From Auanema rhodensis (taxonomy: Eukaryota; Animalia; Nematoda): 64,000 bases of DNA. The stretch's first letter is position 1; each line of letters begins with the position of its first letter. The translations under genes and the position numbers were made by a program. This document shows, piece after piece, positions 26,301 through 40,380 of this stretch. A model generated the notes under the pieces. That model was given only the letters and a program-made list of their open reading frames with translations, made no database searches and had not been told where the DNA came from. The DNA is taken from contig OZ059896.1 of NCBI GenBank assembly GCA_964057225.1, positions 7,564,001 to 7,628,000 on the forward strand. The letters run 5' to 3'.

Positions 26301-29300
26301 GATCTAGTCCTTCTCAGATCCAGGCTAGGTTGACTAACAAGGACATGAGGAACACGTGCACTTTCTGCTCTTTGGACAAGCATTGAGCCATTTAGAGGTC
26401 TTTCAAATCTTCCATCTGAAGATTAATATTTGGAATTTTTGTACACTTATGCATTTTTTTAATATTATTTGTAGCCTCATTAAGGCTTATTAAGGCAATT
26501 AACCTTGATTTTACATTCCAATAGTACCCTCATACAAATTTTAACAAATAATAAAAGACAGTTCAAATACAGATTCATTCCAAAAGGGACATTCAAGATG
26601 AAAAAGATTCTTAACGGCGGCTTCCATCCTCGAAGAATACTCCTCCGTCGAGAGCGCAGTACTTGGGGCAAATTCCGCGTTCTCCGTCGCTTCCGTCTTG
26701 TCCTGGGTGTCCTGGGGTTCCTGGAACTCCATCGCGTCCTGGAAGTCCTGGAGCTCCAGCATCTCCCTTTTCTCCTTGAGCTCCTGGTTGTCCGTCCTTT
26801 CCAGCCTCTCCTGGCTGTCCACGGGTTCCTTGAAGTCCTGGACGTCCTGGTTGTCCTGGTGGTCCTGGCTTTGGCTCTCCATTTGGACCATTCTCTCCTG
26901 GTGGTCCAATTGGTCCTGGCTTTCCTGGTTGTCCTGGTGGTCCTGGGGCTCCCTTATGTCCTGGTCCTCCTTGTGGTCCGTCTGGTCCCTTTCCTCCTGG
27001 TCCTCCTGGAGCTCCTGGGAATCCTGGTTGTCCACATGGTCCTGGTGGTCCTGGTGGTCCTGGTGGGCATGGCTTGCATGGTGGTGGAGTGATGGCCTCG
27101 CAAGGTTGCTGAGGTGGACGTCCTGGGTTTCCTGGCATTCCTGGGGCTCCTGGCTTTCCTGGCTTTCCAGGCTTTCCAGCAACTCCCTGTGGTCCTGGCT
27201 CTCCAGGAAGACAGCAATCGTTACAAGCATCAGCATCAGCTCCAGCATTTAATCCATAAGCGTTTCCGTGGTAAGCAGCACGAGCAGTTCTGTTGGCGGA
27301 TGGGACATCCTTCAAAGTGTAAACCTCAGTCCAGAGTTCCTTGGCCTCGGTAACACATTTCTCCAATTCATGCTCAACATTGTGGCTCACAGAGTGAACA
27401 TAGTTGTGGAGAAGTGGAAGGGTAACACAGATAGAGATTACAGCAACAGCTGAGAAAGTGATAGCTGCGTACCCGACGAATCGGTAAGCTGTGATCTTAG
27501 TGTCAATGTCCATGACGGCTACTGGCATTGAAGTTGGTCAGTAAGCTTATATACTTCCCAGCAAAACGGGTTCTAGCAATTTTTGCCAGATTCCCGAATC
27601 CATTTTTTATTCGGTCACACTCATGAGTCCGTTTCGAACATTTTACAACTTCAAACTTTGAGTGTAAAAGAAAATTTGTCATTTCACATGTTATAGTCCC
27701 AGTTTATGACATGAAGCTACATAAATATAAAATGCAAATAATACCTTTGTGCTGATAAACTCAAATTCAAATATTCTCTCTTCTTTTTTTTAAAAATATA
27801 TCCGTTTGTATCAAGTGAAACTATAGAATGTAAAAAGGTGAGAAATGTTTTAGGGTTAATAAGATTTTTGGTTCCCTTCGTAAACGGGTTTCTAATAGTG
27901 TAAGAGGCGTACCTAGACTGAGTAAAGAAGAGTCAACGGAATGTGAGTCCGTGGTATCCACAAGTGAAGTAACTGATGGTAAAGAAGGTCCTACAGACAC
28001 ACTGTGCCGACGATTCGCTAAATTTCTCTTTGACATCCCTACATTCATTAATAGAACTTACAACTCGTCGTAGTTGTGCTATGTTTTCTGCTAGTCCTTC
28101 CTCGTTCAAAGCTTATTGAAACAAAAGCATCATCAGCATCATCCGTAGGATTTCCTATTATTTCCTCGCTTTCTATAAAAGTTGTCTTGTGTAAATAGTT
28201 TCTTCCTACGTATCTTACCCTTAATGTCGTCATCGTCTAAATCATCCAAATTTCTTTCCACAAGCACCATGAGATCTCCTGTCGTTTGTTGTAGAAAGCG
28301 TGTTGCTTGTCGTTCACTTCTAATTGGTACATTATTAATAGCCACGAGTGAATCGCCTAGAAATATTTAAATAATTAATTTGAACTAGACTAAAGATTTA
28401 ACCAGGTTTAAACAATGCTTTGTCCGCCAAACTACCTTCATCCAAAGTTGCAACACGAACAGGACGAGGTCCCTGACTAGATGATGAATACTAAAAATAT
28501 TTTTGAAAGTTGTTTATACGGTTTTCATAAAAATAGTACGCATCAAGAAACATGTGGGTTCCGAAAAAAAAATTTTCAAAATTAAACCTAAAAAAGGCTC
28601 ATTTGTTGTGTAGAATGTTTTGAAGAAAATTTAATAAAATAAATTGACTAAATTTGGATATGTTAAAGCAATTTATATAAAATCAAAGATCACTCTACTC
28701 TTCAGAAATGTAATTGTAACTGATATCTCGACTTACTTTCTCGAATGTTATTCCTATAGGTTCTCCAAGATCATAACGGGAAAACACTAGCATAACACTT
28801 AATGCATGAGCAACGTTATGGGATGTGTTTTGAAGAAAAGGCCGTTGATCTAAAATGAGTGTTCTTCAAAATATAAAAAGTAGCTAATTAGATACCCATT
28901 GTTAAAGTACAATACACCTCCCAATTTTCAGTTTTATTAACCAAATCGGTTTTTAAACGCGAGCACTGGAGTACTGTGACTTCTAAACCACCTTCTAATT
29001 TGATGTGAGCGAATGCACCTGAGGAATAGATTGATTAACTGTGAATCTAATAATTTGGCATGTATACTCAAAGGTGGTGATGCCTGAAGCAAAGGATTTG
29101 GAAACACGGGTCGATATCTAATCTTATAATTTGGCCAAACATGCTTGCGTTGAAGAGCTCGTCTTATAGATTCTTTTATTAGAGGAATGAGTCTTTTCAA
29201 TTGATGCCCTTGAATTTCAGAGCTAATCTGAAAAGTCGACTTTAACTTTCAGTTCAAGCAACATTACCCACATCAGTTTCCAATTTCGGGGCTGCTACAA

Positions 29301-30158
29301 ACGACATCGTCCAATGATTATAAGGTTTTCTTGACAATATAAATCGAACCAACCCGGCTAATTTCGTGATCTAAACAACATCAACAAAAAAATTAAAGAG
29401 TACTAAAAGTTTTCGTTACTTTAACAGAGAGATTAGCTTTTCTTCCAAACATTGTTCCCACATCAATAGATGTTTCGAACCCGCCTGTGTAATTTATGTC
29501 GACGAGAAATGTAACATTCTTTAAAGGAAGTTTTTAAATTTGGTTAAAACATGAAATTTGAGTAATTAACACCTGGAATGTATTTTTATCATCTGACATT
29601 TCAACTTTCTCAACACGAATAGCATTTACAACTGGAAACTTTGTTCCCAGAGAGAGGTCACGGATACGAATATCCTTAAAGCTATTCATTAAAATGAACG
29701 AGCAAGTAAACAAATAAACCTGAAGCAAGCGTCCAGCAGCAGATCTAGTAGCTATATCGTTTAGTTCCATTTGTAAACGTTTATGCATCCACCTGAAGAG
29801 GAGATTACATCTTTTACACTATCATTTCATTTAGACCACAACCTTCTTAACGTTCTCGTATCTTTATGCTCTTGATAAAACATATGAAGAAACAAGCTCA
29901 ACGAAAAACAAGATTCCCATTTCGAAACCCCTTCTTCATCTGTTCCCGATTTTAAAAATTGTTTCAGCTCCTTAAAGGATTGTTAACATTAGAGTTGTTG
30001 TCCAATTAGCATCTTACATCAGGAACCTGGATAGGTTTGAACTGGTCAATAAAGGGAAGCGGTTGACTAGCTGGTCCCCATGGATCAACAACAAGAACAT
30101 ATATAATAAACAAAACTATTCCGGCTCCAACAGCTAGGCCGAGAAAAAACGCAATCAT
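23373..30158 (-). CDS. pdzd-8: PDZD8 ER-contact lipid-transfer protein (TM-SMP-PDZ-C2-C1-coiled coil)
   Basis: N-terminal TM, SMP segment [19 protein letters not shown] segment [12 protein letters not shown]1 finger [28 protein letters not shown]-terminal [13 protein letters not shown]. Confidence 0.92.
26611..27513 (-). CDS. Intronless cuticle collagen nested in a pdzd-8 intron
   Basis: [33 protein letters not shown], Gly-[23 protein letters not shown]. The TATA box at 27546-27554 favours ATG 27513 over 27528. Confidence 0.96.
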   Translation of the reverse strand: MDIDTKITAYRFVGYAAITFSAVAVISICVTLPLLHNYVHSVSHNVEHELEKCVTEAKELWTEVYTLKDVPSANRTARAAYHGNAYGLNAGADADACNDCCLPGEPGPQGVAGKPGKPGKPGAPGMPGNPGRPPQQPCEAITPPPCKPCPPGPPGPPGPCGQPGFPGAPGGPGGKGPDGPQGGPGHKGAPGPPGQPGKPGPIGPPGENGPNGEPKPGPPGQPGRPGLQGTRGQPGEAGKDGQPGAQGEKGDAGAPGLPGRDGVPGTPGHPGQDGSDGERGICPKYCALDGGVFFEDGSRR

Positions 30159-31368
30159 CTCTAAAAGAGGAAATTGAAACCTTGTTTCAGATGATTCATG
30201 ATTACCTTTTAGCTGGTGATAAGCAAGCGACTATTTGTGCAAAGATGGTTTTTATTTACAAGATATGCTTTTTCCAATTAATGCATTGTGTTTAACTGAA
30301 AGAAAAATCGGAAAGGATTATAAGATTTAGCCAAGGATAAACTACTAGAAAACGTGATACATGCGGGAAAAAACTGGGTAATCAATAACAAATTGAGAAA
30401 TACATTGCGAAGTAACATTTTATCATCATAATATTCGTTCAAGGAATATATACAAGTACATTATTAAGCTGGAATTGAGCCTTATTAAAAGTAATAAAAC
30501 CTTAAGTTAGAGCGAAGTAACACAGAGAAACGAGATATGCGACGTCAGAGCAAAAATAAAGATACGTAATCACGTATAAAGAACAAAAATTATTTAGATA
30601 ACTGGATCTTATAATAGAATACAAAGAAAAACATGATATCAGTACATTTAAAGTGATAGAACAAATTGAAATTCGTTTAAAATGAAATGTGAAAATATGA
30701 ACTGGGTAGAGCTGAGATCAGGAATAGTAAAATACGCAGTGGAGATATCAATTTACAAGATCAGCAGAGCTACTGAATAGATGAAAATGACATAACTCGC
30801 TGTCAAAACACCTGAAATTATTAAACAAGTTTAACTGTTTTTAAAATTTTTGGTATTCAGATAAGCGCAAATGTGGCTATATTTATGATTACACATGACC
30901 AAAATGGAAGAGCCAAACAAATAATTCAATTTTGAAACGGAAACGAATGAAAAAAACCAGGACAAAAAATATATAGTAGTGAAATTTAGCGAGAAAAGTC
31001 GATAAGAAAAGCAGTAGACAGATGACACAGCCTATTCTATCAACTATAAACGTCCTTGCGTAAATTAGAACATTTTGTTTGGGGAAGAAGATGACATCAA
31101 AAATTATTGGCTAAATACGGTAGAATGTCAAGAATCGCATTAATCAACTTATTACCATGTAGAAAACGACTATATATATGTACTTAATTTGCAATGGCAT
31201 TTTTTAAGTAGTGAGAGGACTACATCAGACAATCGAGCAAAGAATTTCATAAAAGCAATAATGAGTATAGAGGAAATAGGGATGAGAAAAGCTGAGTCGT
31301 TTAACTTCTCTAACAATATACTCAGTTTCGAAAAAAACTCGTTGAAGCTCTTTTTAAGCTTTGAGTCT

Positions 31369-33154
31369 TCAATAATGAATTCCGGGAAGCAAAAAAGGCG
31401 TAGTAGTTGCCAGGATAAAAAGCATAGTTGGAAAGATGTTTAAGCTCAGCATAAAAAATCTAGTGAGAGCAGCATTTCCAATATTGAGCATTATATACGA
31501 ATCGATTCATTCACAAGAATAGCTGACGTTTAAAGACGACACCATGAAATACTTTTTGAGCATTAGCGTCGTCATACTTGAGAATATGAAATTATTCACT
31601 CTCCTCGCCTTTCTTACTTCTATCAAAACACAAATATAGCCAAGTTTCGTAATTGTTGTATATATATAGTATATAAACATATATTTTTGTATCTGACAAT
31701 ATAAAAAAACCTACCAGTCCCGTTTGGATCCTCCTTTTCTGACTTATGCCGACGAGATGGTCGTGCGATATTCAACTCATGTCTTCGCTGAATAATATAA
31801 TTAAACTTATAAAAAATAATGCGCTTCGTACTCTATATTCTTCTAGCTTACTAACAAAATCATCAGTGAAGGGTATTGGTTCAATAAGCCCAGTGTGCTC
31901 GAAAGTTCTTTGCTTCTCTATCATTTCTAGATCTAATTCACGTTCTATAAAACATATATAATAGATTAAATACATTAATCTAATAAAAACAATTACCTAT
32001 AGCTGGGTGAACATTTTTTTTCCAACTTAGAGCGCCATTTTCTTCTACTAAATATAAGTTTTGATCTTTTAATCGGCCTTCATCTAATTCGATTCCATAT
32101 AGTGATTCTTCCACAGGTTTCTGAAACAGTTATAAGTTAGATTGTAAACACAACAATTGAAAAAGTACAACCGTATCTACAAATTTTAAATTAAAAATGA
32201 AAAACAATTCTTTAAGAGATGCAATACGTACACTAAAGTAGAACCACAACATGAAAACTTGTAAAAAAAATAAAACAAACCATACCATTTCCATGGGACC
32301 AAATGAAACAGCCAATCTCATGTTTTTCTCAAGACATAGGCCCAATCGACGGTTATTCATCCCTTTCAAATCACCAGAAGATGTAGCTGAAATAAAACAT
32401 TATTTTTATAATTTTTAAAGAATTTTTTTACATACTTATATAATAATTTGAGGAATCATGAAACGCTCTTTTCATTGTGTGATGAACTATTTTATGTCCA
32501 AACTTCTTGCAATGACCGATCGGAACTGCGTAACTGCTTAACATACAATGCAGAAAATCATCGTATGGAACCTATAAGATACGTAAGCAAAATATGATTA
32601 GAGCATTAAACAAACCTGATAAATAGTACTGTACTCTGCATTTAGCCCTGAGGGACAGTGAACTCTTAAAATATCCCCAGCATGTGCTATAATTTCATAG
32701 TATCCAGGTGAGTCAATCACATTATCAAATGGTTCAAATCTGTAAATTGTCAAATTTCGAAATAAATAATAAATATATTTATATACATTCTATCTCTTCT
32801 ACAATCTTTTCTTTGTTTTTAAAAATTTTTGACTCGTTTTGTAAAAATCAAATCACGTGAAAATGCAAAGTATACATATGATTTGTGGTCAAGAGAGAGA
32901 GGGAGAGAGCACTATGAAAAGATGGAAGAATCAATCCATTTGTGGAAAAAACATTGAACAAATTTTATCTCGATTACAAGATTATTCTTCTTTGTTTCAG
33001 CCACGTTTCAACTTCCTCTTTTACTATGACAAGGTGGTTAGAAGAAAAAAAAGTTTTCTTACAATGGATTTGATGAATTCCAGTATACGTCGTGATGATG
33101 AACCTTGCCATCCGATGGTAATAGCAGCAGACAAAATATTAAAAGAAACAGCAT
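31369..33154 (-). CDS. Ephrin, probably GPI-anchored; 3' exons uncertain
   Basis: Signal peptide, DVYWNSSNPLF, GDILRVHCP and TSSGDLKGMNNRRLGLCLEKNMRL are ephrin-domain motifs. A hydrophobic tail candidate ends at 31369, but the last splice could not be resolved. Confidence 0.8.
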
Positions 33155-33205
33155 ATTATCTGAAAAATAAAATAAATTAAAGATAATTTGGTATATTAAG
33201 AAAAG

Positions 33206-33207
<2 letters not shown>

Positions 33208-33237
<30 letters not shown>
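33208..33237. repeat. (AT)n microsatellite
   Basis: About 14-15 AT units; similar tracts near 1272-1297, 1733-1750 and 37680. Confidence 0.9.
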
Positions 33238-33243
<6 letters not shown>

Positions 33244-36200
33244 TTAAATCATACTATAAGGAATAAACATAAGATTACATAAGAACAACGAAAATAATGA
33301 ATACTTTAATATTTATAATAAGCTTAATGTATAGAGGAGTCTATATGATAGTATAAAAGATAAAAAAATTAGAAGAAAAAAAAACCTTAATGCTGATAAT
33401 AGTATTTGATTAGCAAAATTGACAAGTATAGGGGGAAATCCAATTATAAAAAAAATGATATACATCTATCATTTGAATTTTTAATTTTACGTTTTGTAAT
33501 CAATATAAAACACTAAATTAAAATTAGGAATTTTAGAATTAAAAAACTTTTAAAGTAAAATAATTATTTAATTTATAAAAATAAATAAATTAACATGCCA
33601 ATATCCTTTAAAAAAATATAATAAATATTGAAAAACATAGAAAATCTTTAAAAATATGGATGAACAACACTACACTGTTATCCTTCATATAGCATTGAAA
33701 GTAAAGCAAAAAAGGAAACTATCAATGAAAATACAACCGGAAGAAGTAAGTGCTTTTATGAAGTTTTCAATAAATTGTCAACTTTTAATGGATAGAAAAT
33801 AGTCTTATCTTTCCAAAAAAGATTATAAAATCATCACATTCCATGCGAGTTTTCAGTATTTTGAATGGATCACAACTTGTGAATAGCATTCTTTAGATAG
33901 TGTTATATTAAAGTCCGAGTAATAGTTCATAGTCACTTTGAAAACTGTCGATGCAAGCTCTTATACAATGAAAGAAGAATGACCATTGTCTGAACGACTT
34001 AACACTCTTAATCTGATAGATGAAAGAAGAAAAAAAAGAAAATGCACCTCTGACAACAGTACATTCAACGGTTTTTTTTCAAGTAGAAAGCATATCTAAG
34101 AGTTAAGGAAAAGATCAACATAAATAATCTGACATCAGAAGTGTAAAAGTGTTTGAAATGAAGAGAATTATAAGATCAATAGCATCATTTATTACTTTTT
34201 GATAAATAGATATGGAAAAGAGTTCGTCATTTTAATTTGATAGAATTATTCCAAAATAGTTCAAAATCATTGAAGATGGTAGATGAAATAACAAACCGTC
34301 TCGTGCCACACTCGCACGTATCTTTTATTGATGTCATCAAAACATTCCTAGAAGTAGCAAATTCACAAGAATATTTTGAGAATCAGGGAATCATTGTACC
34401 AAGTAGAATGAGTCAGATCAATCTCCTCCCACGATATTCTTTTTGAAATTGGAGAAAATGCTAAGTTTGGTTTTTAGCTACAATTCGTGAATTATTATCA
34501 AAATAATAGAAGTGAATCACAATATAAAATAACCTTGACTTTAAAATAATCAAAAAATTTAATAATTTATGAGTAGATGCTTGAAAATCAATATCGACTC
34601 ACTTTAATCTTTTACGGAAAGTCAAATTTTTCAAACATTTTTGATAATATATAATAGTTTCGTAAGATCTTTTACAGATAGATCATTCAACTGGTATTCG
34701 GATCAAAAACACTGAAAATCCGTACAAATATTGTATAATACACGTACAAGTGGAGCTGAAAGTGACGACGAAAAAAAAAATTGAGTAGAACATTCAACCA
34801 TCGCTTTCGTTTCCCCGTTAAGTTACTCTTTGAGATCAAAGAGAATTTGTGGTCAAAACACACACAGACACTTGACGGTAACATTTGTTTATGATTAGAA
34901 AAAGCTACTTAATCAATAGACATCGTTTTATGTTTATCTAATCAGTAGTTCTCTATTCATGTCAAAATGAAGTTCAAACTAAGGAGATGATTCACATTGA
35001 AACAAAGCAATTAAAGAAATTGTTATTCATAAATAAATAATTTTTTTAAACTAGAAACAATAATAAAAAAGATAAGAAAAGCATAAAGAATAATTAAAAT
35101 TTAAAATAAAATTCATAAAACTATAAGAAAACTGTTGAATGTATTAGGAAATAATAACAACTCACAGTCATTGATGTTGTTGTTGTTGTTGTTTTGTTTA
35201 TACTTTAATGGAAAAAGAAGTAAAATGTAAATATTCACATGTAAAATATGTGAATATTTTTATTTATTTTTATTATTATAATATAACATAATCATAAACT
35301 ATTTTTTAAATAAATTTTGAATATTTTCTTAAATATCGGATATATCCTGTAATTTTGGTCGTCGTCTTCAACTTTTTTTTATTAAAAAAAAAAAATTGAG
35401 ATACAAACTACTAAAATAAATGATCTTTGTTGAGTAGAGGATTAAACAAATCAAAAGACAACGAAATATGATTAGTAGTGACGAAAAAATTATCAGACAA
35501 GATTTTCTGGGTATTTGACAGATTTTTATTACTTTAAACCTATAAAAAATTTCATTTTCGATAACCAGTAAGAGGATTAAGATATGCCATACACATCTTC
35601 TATTAATATTATTATTTATATTGATATCATTAGCTAAAGAAAAGTATTAAAATAATAAAATATAGTTAAATTATATATTTTACGTTAATCTAGTTATTTC
35701 ATTTTTTCTATTTTTTTTCTCAAAATATATACAATACAATGTCGGTGTATGTATTAAGAAGTTGTATCGTCACATGATTCTCTCTAGATCGAAACTTCAT
35801 AGATCCTACCATGATAACTAAATCTTTTGAATAAACTTTGTGGAATCATAGACAAATTCAGAAAATAAATTTGAAAAAGATATATGATTCTTTCTTTGTT
35901 TTCAATTTGAAAATTATAAAAAGTTATAAGAAACAAAGGGGTTCTTTCGGTGAATTTTTAAGAAAAATTAAATATTTTTTAATAAAAATGTATAATTCAA
36001 TAAGAAAGCTATCAAAATTATCATTTTTACTATGTTTTTCATTCTAAGGAAATGATAATAACAGGAGAAAAACGGTTTTGAGTGAAACAATTTTCTGTGT
36101 GAATCGGCAGCAAGTGGAAGCAGATCTGCAGATGACGAAAGGGTGTCTTGTTTCTTATCAAATGACATTGACGTGAAAGTTTTTAGCTCATTAGATATCG

Positions 36201-36580
36201 TTGGACATTTACCTTTTGAAAGTTTTTATTTCATATGCTCGTATTATTCCCATAGTGTCCATACTACTTTCTCTCCCTCATCTTACGGTCTCTTAGTTAC
36301 TCTCATCTTATATCTTTTACTGAATATCCGTATTTATGTTATTTTCAATGAAAATATATAGATATAAGTAGATAATGAATGAAAAATATATTGAAAAGAT
36401 AGAAAAACAATGTAAAAACCAATCCTCATGTGGAATAGATTGATTTGCGTACAGTGCGGAATGTTGAAATACAGGAGAGAGTGCTTGTCCAGAACATAAA
36501 AAGAATCGAAATTCATTGTTTTTCTGCTCAATGACATTTCATCATTGGGAAAAGAGGTTATTTGAATTGAATAAGGATAA

Positions 36581-36665
36581 AGAGAGAGAGTGAGAGTGAG
36601 AGAGAGAGAGAGAAAGGGAGGGAAAAGGGAAGACCCAAGGAAGAAGGAAGACTCAAGGAAGACTA
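36581..36665. repeat. GA-rich purine tract
   Basis: (GA)n/(GAGAGT)n followed by GGAAGAC-like repeats; a (CT)n tract also lies at 39387-39417. Confidence 0.8.
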
Positions 36666-39386
36666 GAAACAAATGCTAGAAAATACTTTTAATTACAATT
36701 ATTTATTGTTCATATATAAGAAATAATAATAAAATTATACATATTCTGAAATCTCGGAGAAAGAAGCTAAGACTACCTAACATCTATTTTCCAAATGAGA
36801 AGCTAAGTCGATTATTTTGATAAGAAAAGATTTTGAGATGTCAATTACCTGGGCAACAATAAAATTGATAATTTCAGAATAACAATAAGGAAAATGTGAT
36901 AGAGAATCTCTAAAGACTTTCTCTAAAAAAAAAAAAGAAAGTTATAGTTGATATGATCAGAATAATATGAGTTTATGATGTGAATATATGGGGAAATGTT
37001 AAAACATTTGTGATAATTCCATTGATTCTTTTACTTTGAACCAAATCATTTATTACTAAGCATGACATCTTCAAATTCGAAACAAATGTTTTAAAGAAAA
37101 AAAAATGTGTTCAGGGTGAGTATGACACACACACACATGAACATTCCAGAAAAATTCAATTGAAATATGTTGGAACATCTCAACAGTTTGGCATTTGGAT
37201 AGTAAAATATGGTCAATGACCAAATATAAAAGAAATAAAGTTTTCTAATTGAATACATAATTTTCTAGATAACATACTATTTGTTTTGATATTTTAATAA
37301 TTATTTTAAAAAATTTCAAATAAATAAATGAAATTATTAAAAATATTTTTAGAAATACATATATATATCTATTAAATAATATTTTTTTCAACTTTAAACA
37401 TAATAGCTTGAATTCAAACAAGGACTAACTAGTGTGAACCTCGTGAACACGGCGATAAGATTCCTTGAAATTGTCGGCGAATATCTTTCGTCTTTGTTCC
37501 ATAGCTTTATGAATGATAACTTTCTTTCATTATAATGCCCATAAAAGATATTTCTTACGTATTTATATACATAAAGATATTTAGATTAGACAAATAACGA
37601 ATAGTTTTGATTCTAAAATAGTGTGTCTTATACTGTATCTCTTGCAATACAATAATACCTATACACATGTAATCATATAATATATATATATATATACATG
37701 AATATGTATAATTAATATAAATATATTCAAATTTTTATTATAATATATATAATATAATATAATATTTATTTACTTGTCTTTTTACGAGTTTAACACAAAT
37801 TATATAATATTATATAAGAATGAGTTAAGATGAACAGAGCATCAACATCTCCGTCTTGTCAAAATAATTGTTTTCTATGCTACTTGAGTTGTTTTAAAAT
37901 CTATTCTTCACAAGTTTTAATTCTTATCAACATATGTACAAAGATAATAAAAGGAAAAAGACAAACTCAGTTCATTTCTAAGTACCCTACATCGTATTCT
38001 TCTTTTCTCATCTATTATTATATTTATTTAAATATAATATACTATATACTATATAGTATACTCATATTATTGTATAATTCTTATCTTTTTTTCTTTTTTT
38101 TAAAATGATAAATATTATTATTTAACATGTATAGATAGATATATAAGATTTCTATGATCTTTACTCTCTACTTGGATTTCATCTTCAAATTTTATTATTG
38201 TTGTAAGTTGACTCATAAACCAATTGTTATCTTCAATCATTCTTAGTTTTGAATTAACTTCAACAATTTCACAAAAGTTCAATTTTTTGTTTTAATTTTA
38301 TGAAATTTTAGATAACAAATAGAAATTATTTCAAATATGAAATTGTATATTTATTTTGTTTTTGTTATGTTGTTATTATTATTATTGTTTTGATTCAATA
38401 TTTGTTTATTTATTTATTTATTTTGTATAAAATATAATTTAAAAATAAAATATAATAATAATCATATATGTATGTATAGTTATCGTAACAAGTAATATAT
38501 TTGGCATTGAAAAACTATTACTAATAGGAAAAACAACTAACACAGATATAGTAATCAATATTAATATTATAATCAAATATATCTTTATTATGAAATAAAT
38601 ATTGTTTTATATATATATTTTATTTTTGTCACAGCGAAAACAATTTTATTCTGTCAAATTATTTAATTTATAATATTTTTTTTTATATTCATTATTAAAT
38701 AAATTAAAAATTTATTATTAATTATAACAATTAAAATATTATTAATTTTTATTATATTAATATAGAAAAATAATAATTATTAATGTTGAATTATTAAGAT
38801 AAATCTTCTTAATCATCAGATTGAATGTATTAATTATCTAATCTAACACTATCTATACAATTTACTTTGATTTTCAACTTTTATTTTATATTAGTCAATA
38901 TTTTTAAATAATAATAAATTATAATATAACATATATATTAATATACTTATATATTATTATTATTATTATTATTATTTTATAATAGTTATTCCTTGTTATT
39001 TCCTATTTATCTTCTCATAATGTCTATTTTCTCTTTTCAACTATACATCAAACTACTCTTACTCCTCGCCGATCATCTGATTTGTAGTGTACAATTCACA
39101 TAAACCTTTTGACACTTTTTCATTTTTTTCGTTATCTGTTTATCAATCTATTCTTCAATTTCTAGTTATTGATGTTGATATAACGTTTGAGGTCAAAAAA
39201 ATGGTTTCATTCTTCAAATTGTCTGTCATCTTACTATAAGCAACAATCCCAATATTTTTAAATTCAACTATTCTCTTAGTTCCAGCTGTTTCATTTAGTT
39301 AATTCTACTTTTTAATCTGGAAGAAAGTGGAATGTTCATTATATCTTTCTCTCTAATTTTCTCTTCTATCCCCTATTCTTATAATA

Positions 39387-39417
<31 letters not shown>

Positions 39418-40380
39418 TTACTTCTTATACACGATGATTTTTCATTTCCTTTCAAAGTCAAATGAAAACCATTTCTTTTTTTTTCATTGGCTTTGATTCA
39501 TCAGCTTTGTTTCTCTTTATAATCCAACTATAATGTTTCTCACTTTTTCAAAATCTTTTTTTTTCTAAATCTATGAAATCAACCTCAGTTTGAAAATGTT
39601 TTTCTATATATTCCGTGAAAAGTGTTTTTTCTTGAAAATCATCGATCAATCAATGCCATCCACAACTACTGGTCTCCAGTGTGTGTTAATGTGATATATG
39701 TATTATTCATGTTGTCTTCAGAAACACGTTCTCTATCATTTTATCAAATTGTTAAACTTAGTTTTAAATATTTTGAAAGATTTATACCTTAATGACTTTA
39801 TGCTTTTTGATAATTAATGATTAACTAACTATTTGATTTATTCTTTACTTTTCCCCATGACAACAGATTGGGTTTAAGCTGACAATTTTAATCTTTCTGC
39901 TTTTCAATATCTATTATAAACTTTCTATGAAAATAATAATTATATCTTGCTCCTTTCATGAAAACTAATAATTAGAATTTGATAATTCTGTTGATGCCAA
40001 GTTTTCTTTAACACTTTTCTTCACATTTTCAAGTTATTTCTATACGATCTACAACTATAACTTTTTAACTGCTTTATACATATCTATACTATATGTATAA
40101 TATCAATTATATTATATTTTTAATCTAAAATATCATTTTTTCCTATCAAAATGTCATGATGTTTCTGAATTTTTCATTAAAATTTTTTTATGCAACCGCT
40201 GCGATGAATTCGCGATAATGGTATACGTCAACTGAAAGCAACCACTCACGTTTCACTGAAGCAGTTGACATTTTCGATTTATTTCTAAAAGTTCTCAAAT
40301 GATGCCATTTGAAGCTTTTGTGATTCTTAATCCAACTTGTAGTTTTTGTTCTTATAAATTATTTTTAAAATTTTCAGGAA

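Noticed and set aside
26505-27453. Trp/Ser-rich and Leu/Val-rich overlapping ORFs (also at 2292-3195)
   Set aside because: Shadow frames of GGA-CCA collagen codon repeats.
27745-27820. Possible 76-nt frameshifting cassette exon in the pdzd-8 intron
   Set aside because: Only AG/GT boundaries support it, and the direct 27913-26415 splice already keeps the frame.
35229-35259. 12-bp perfect inverted repeat (a similar one lies at 795-818)
   Set aside because: Very AT-rich arms, no second copy or transposon hallmarks seen; plausible by chance.
33200-40300. Short hydrophobic ORFs in the 7-kb AT-rich spacer
   Set aside because: F/I/L/Y/K-biased low-complexity translations with no exon structure; more likely ephrin/TMEM144 regulatory DNA.
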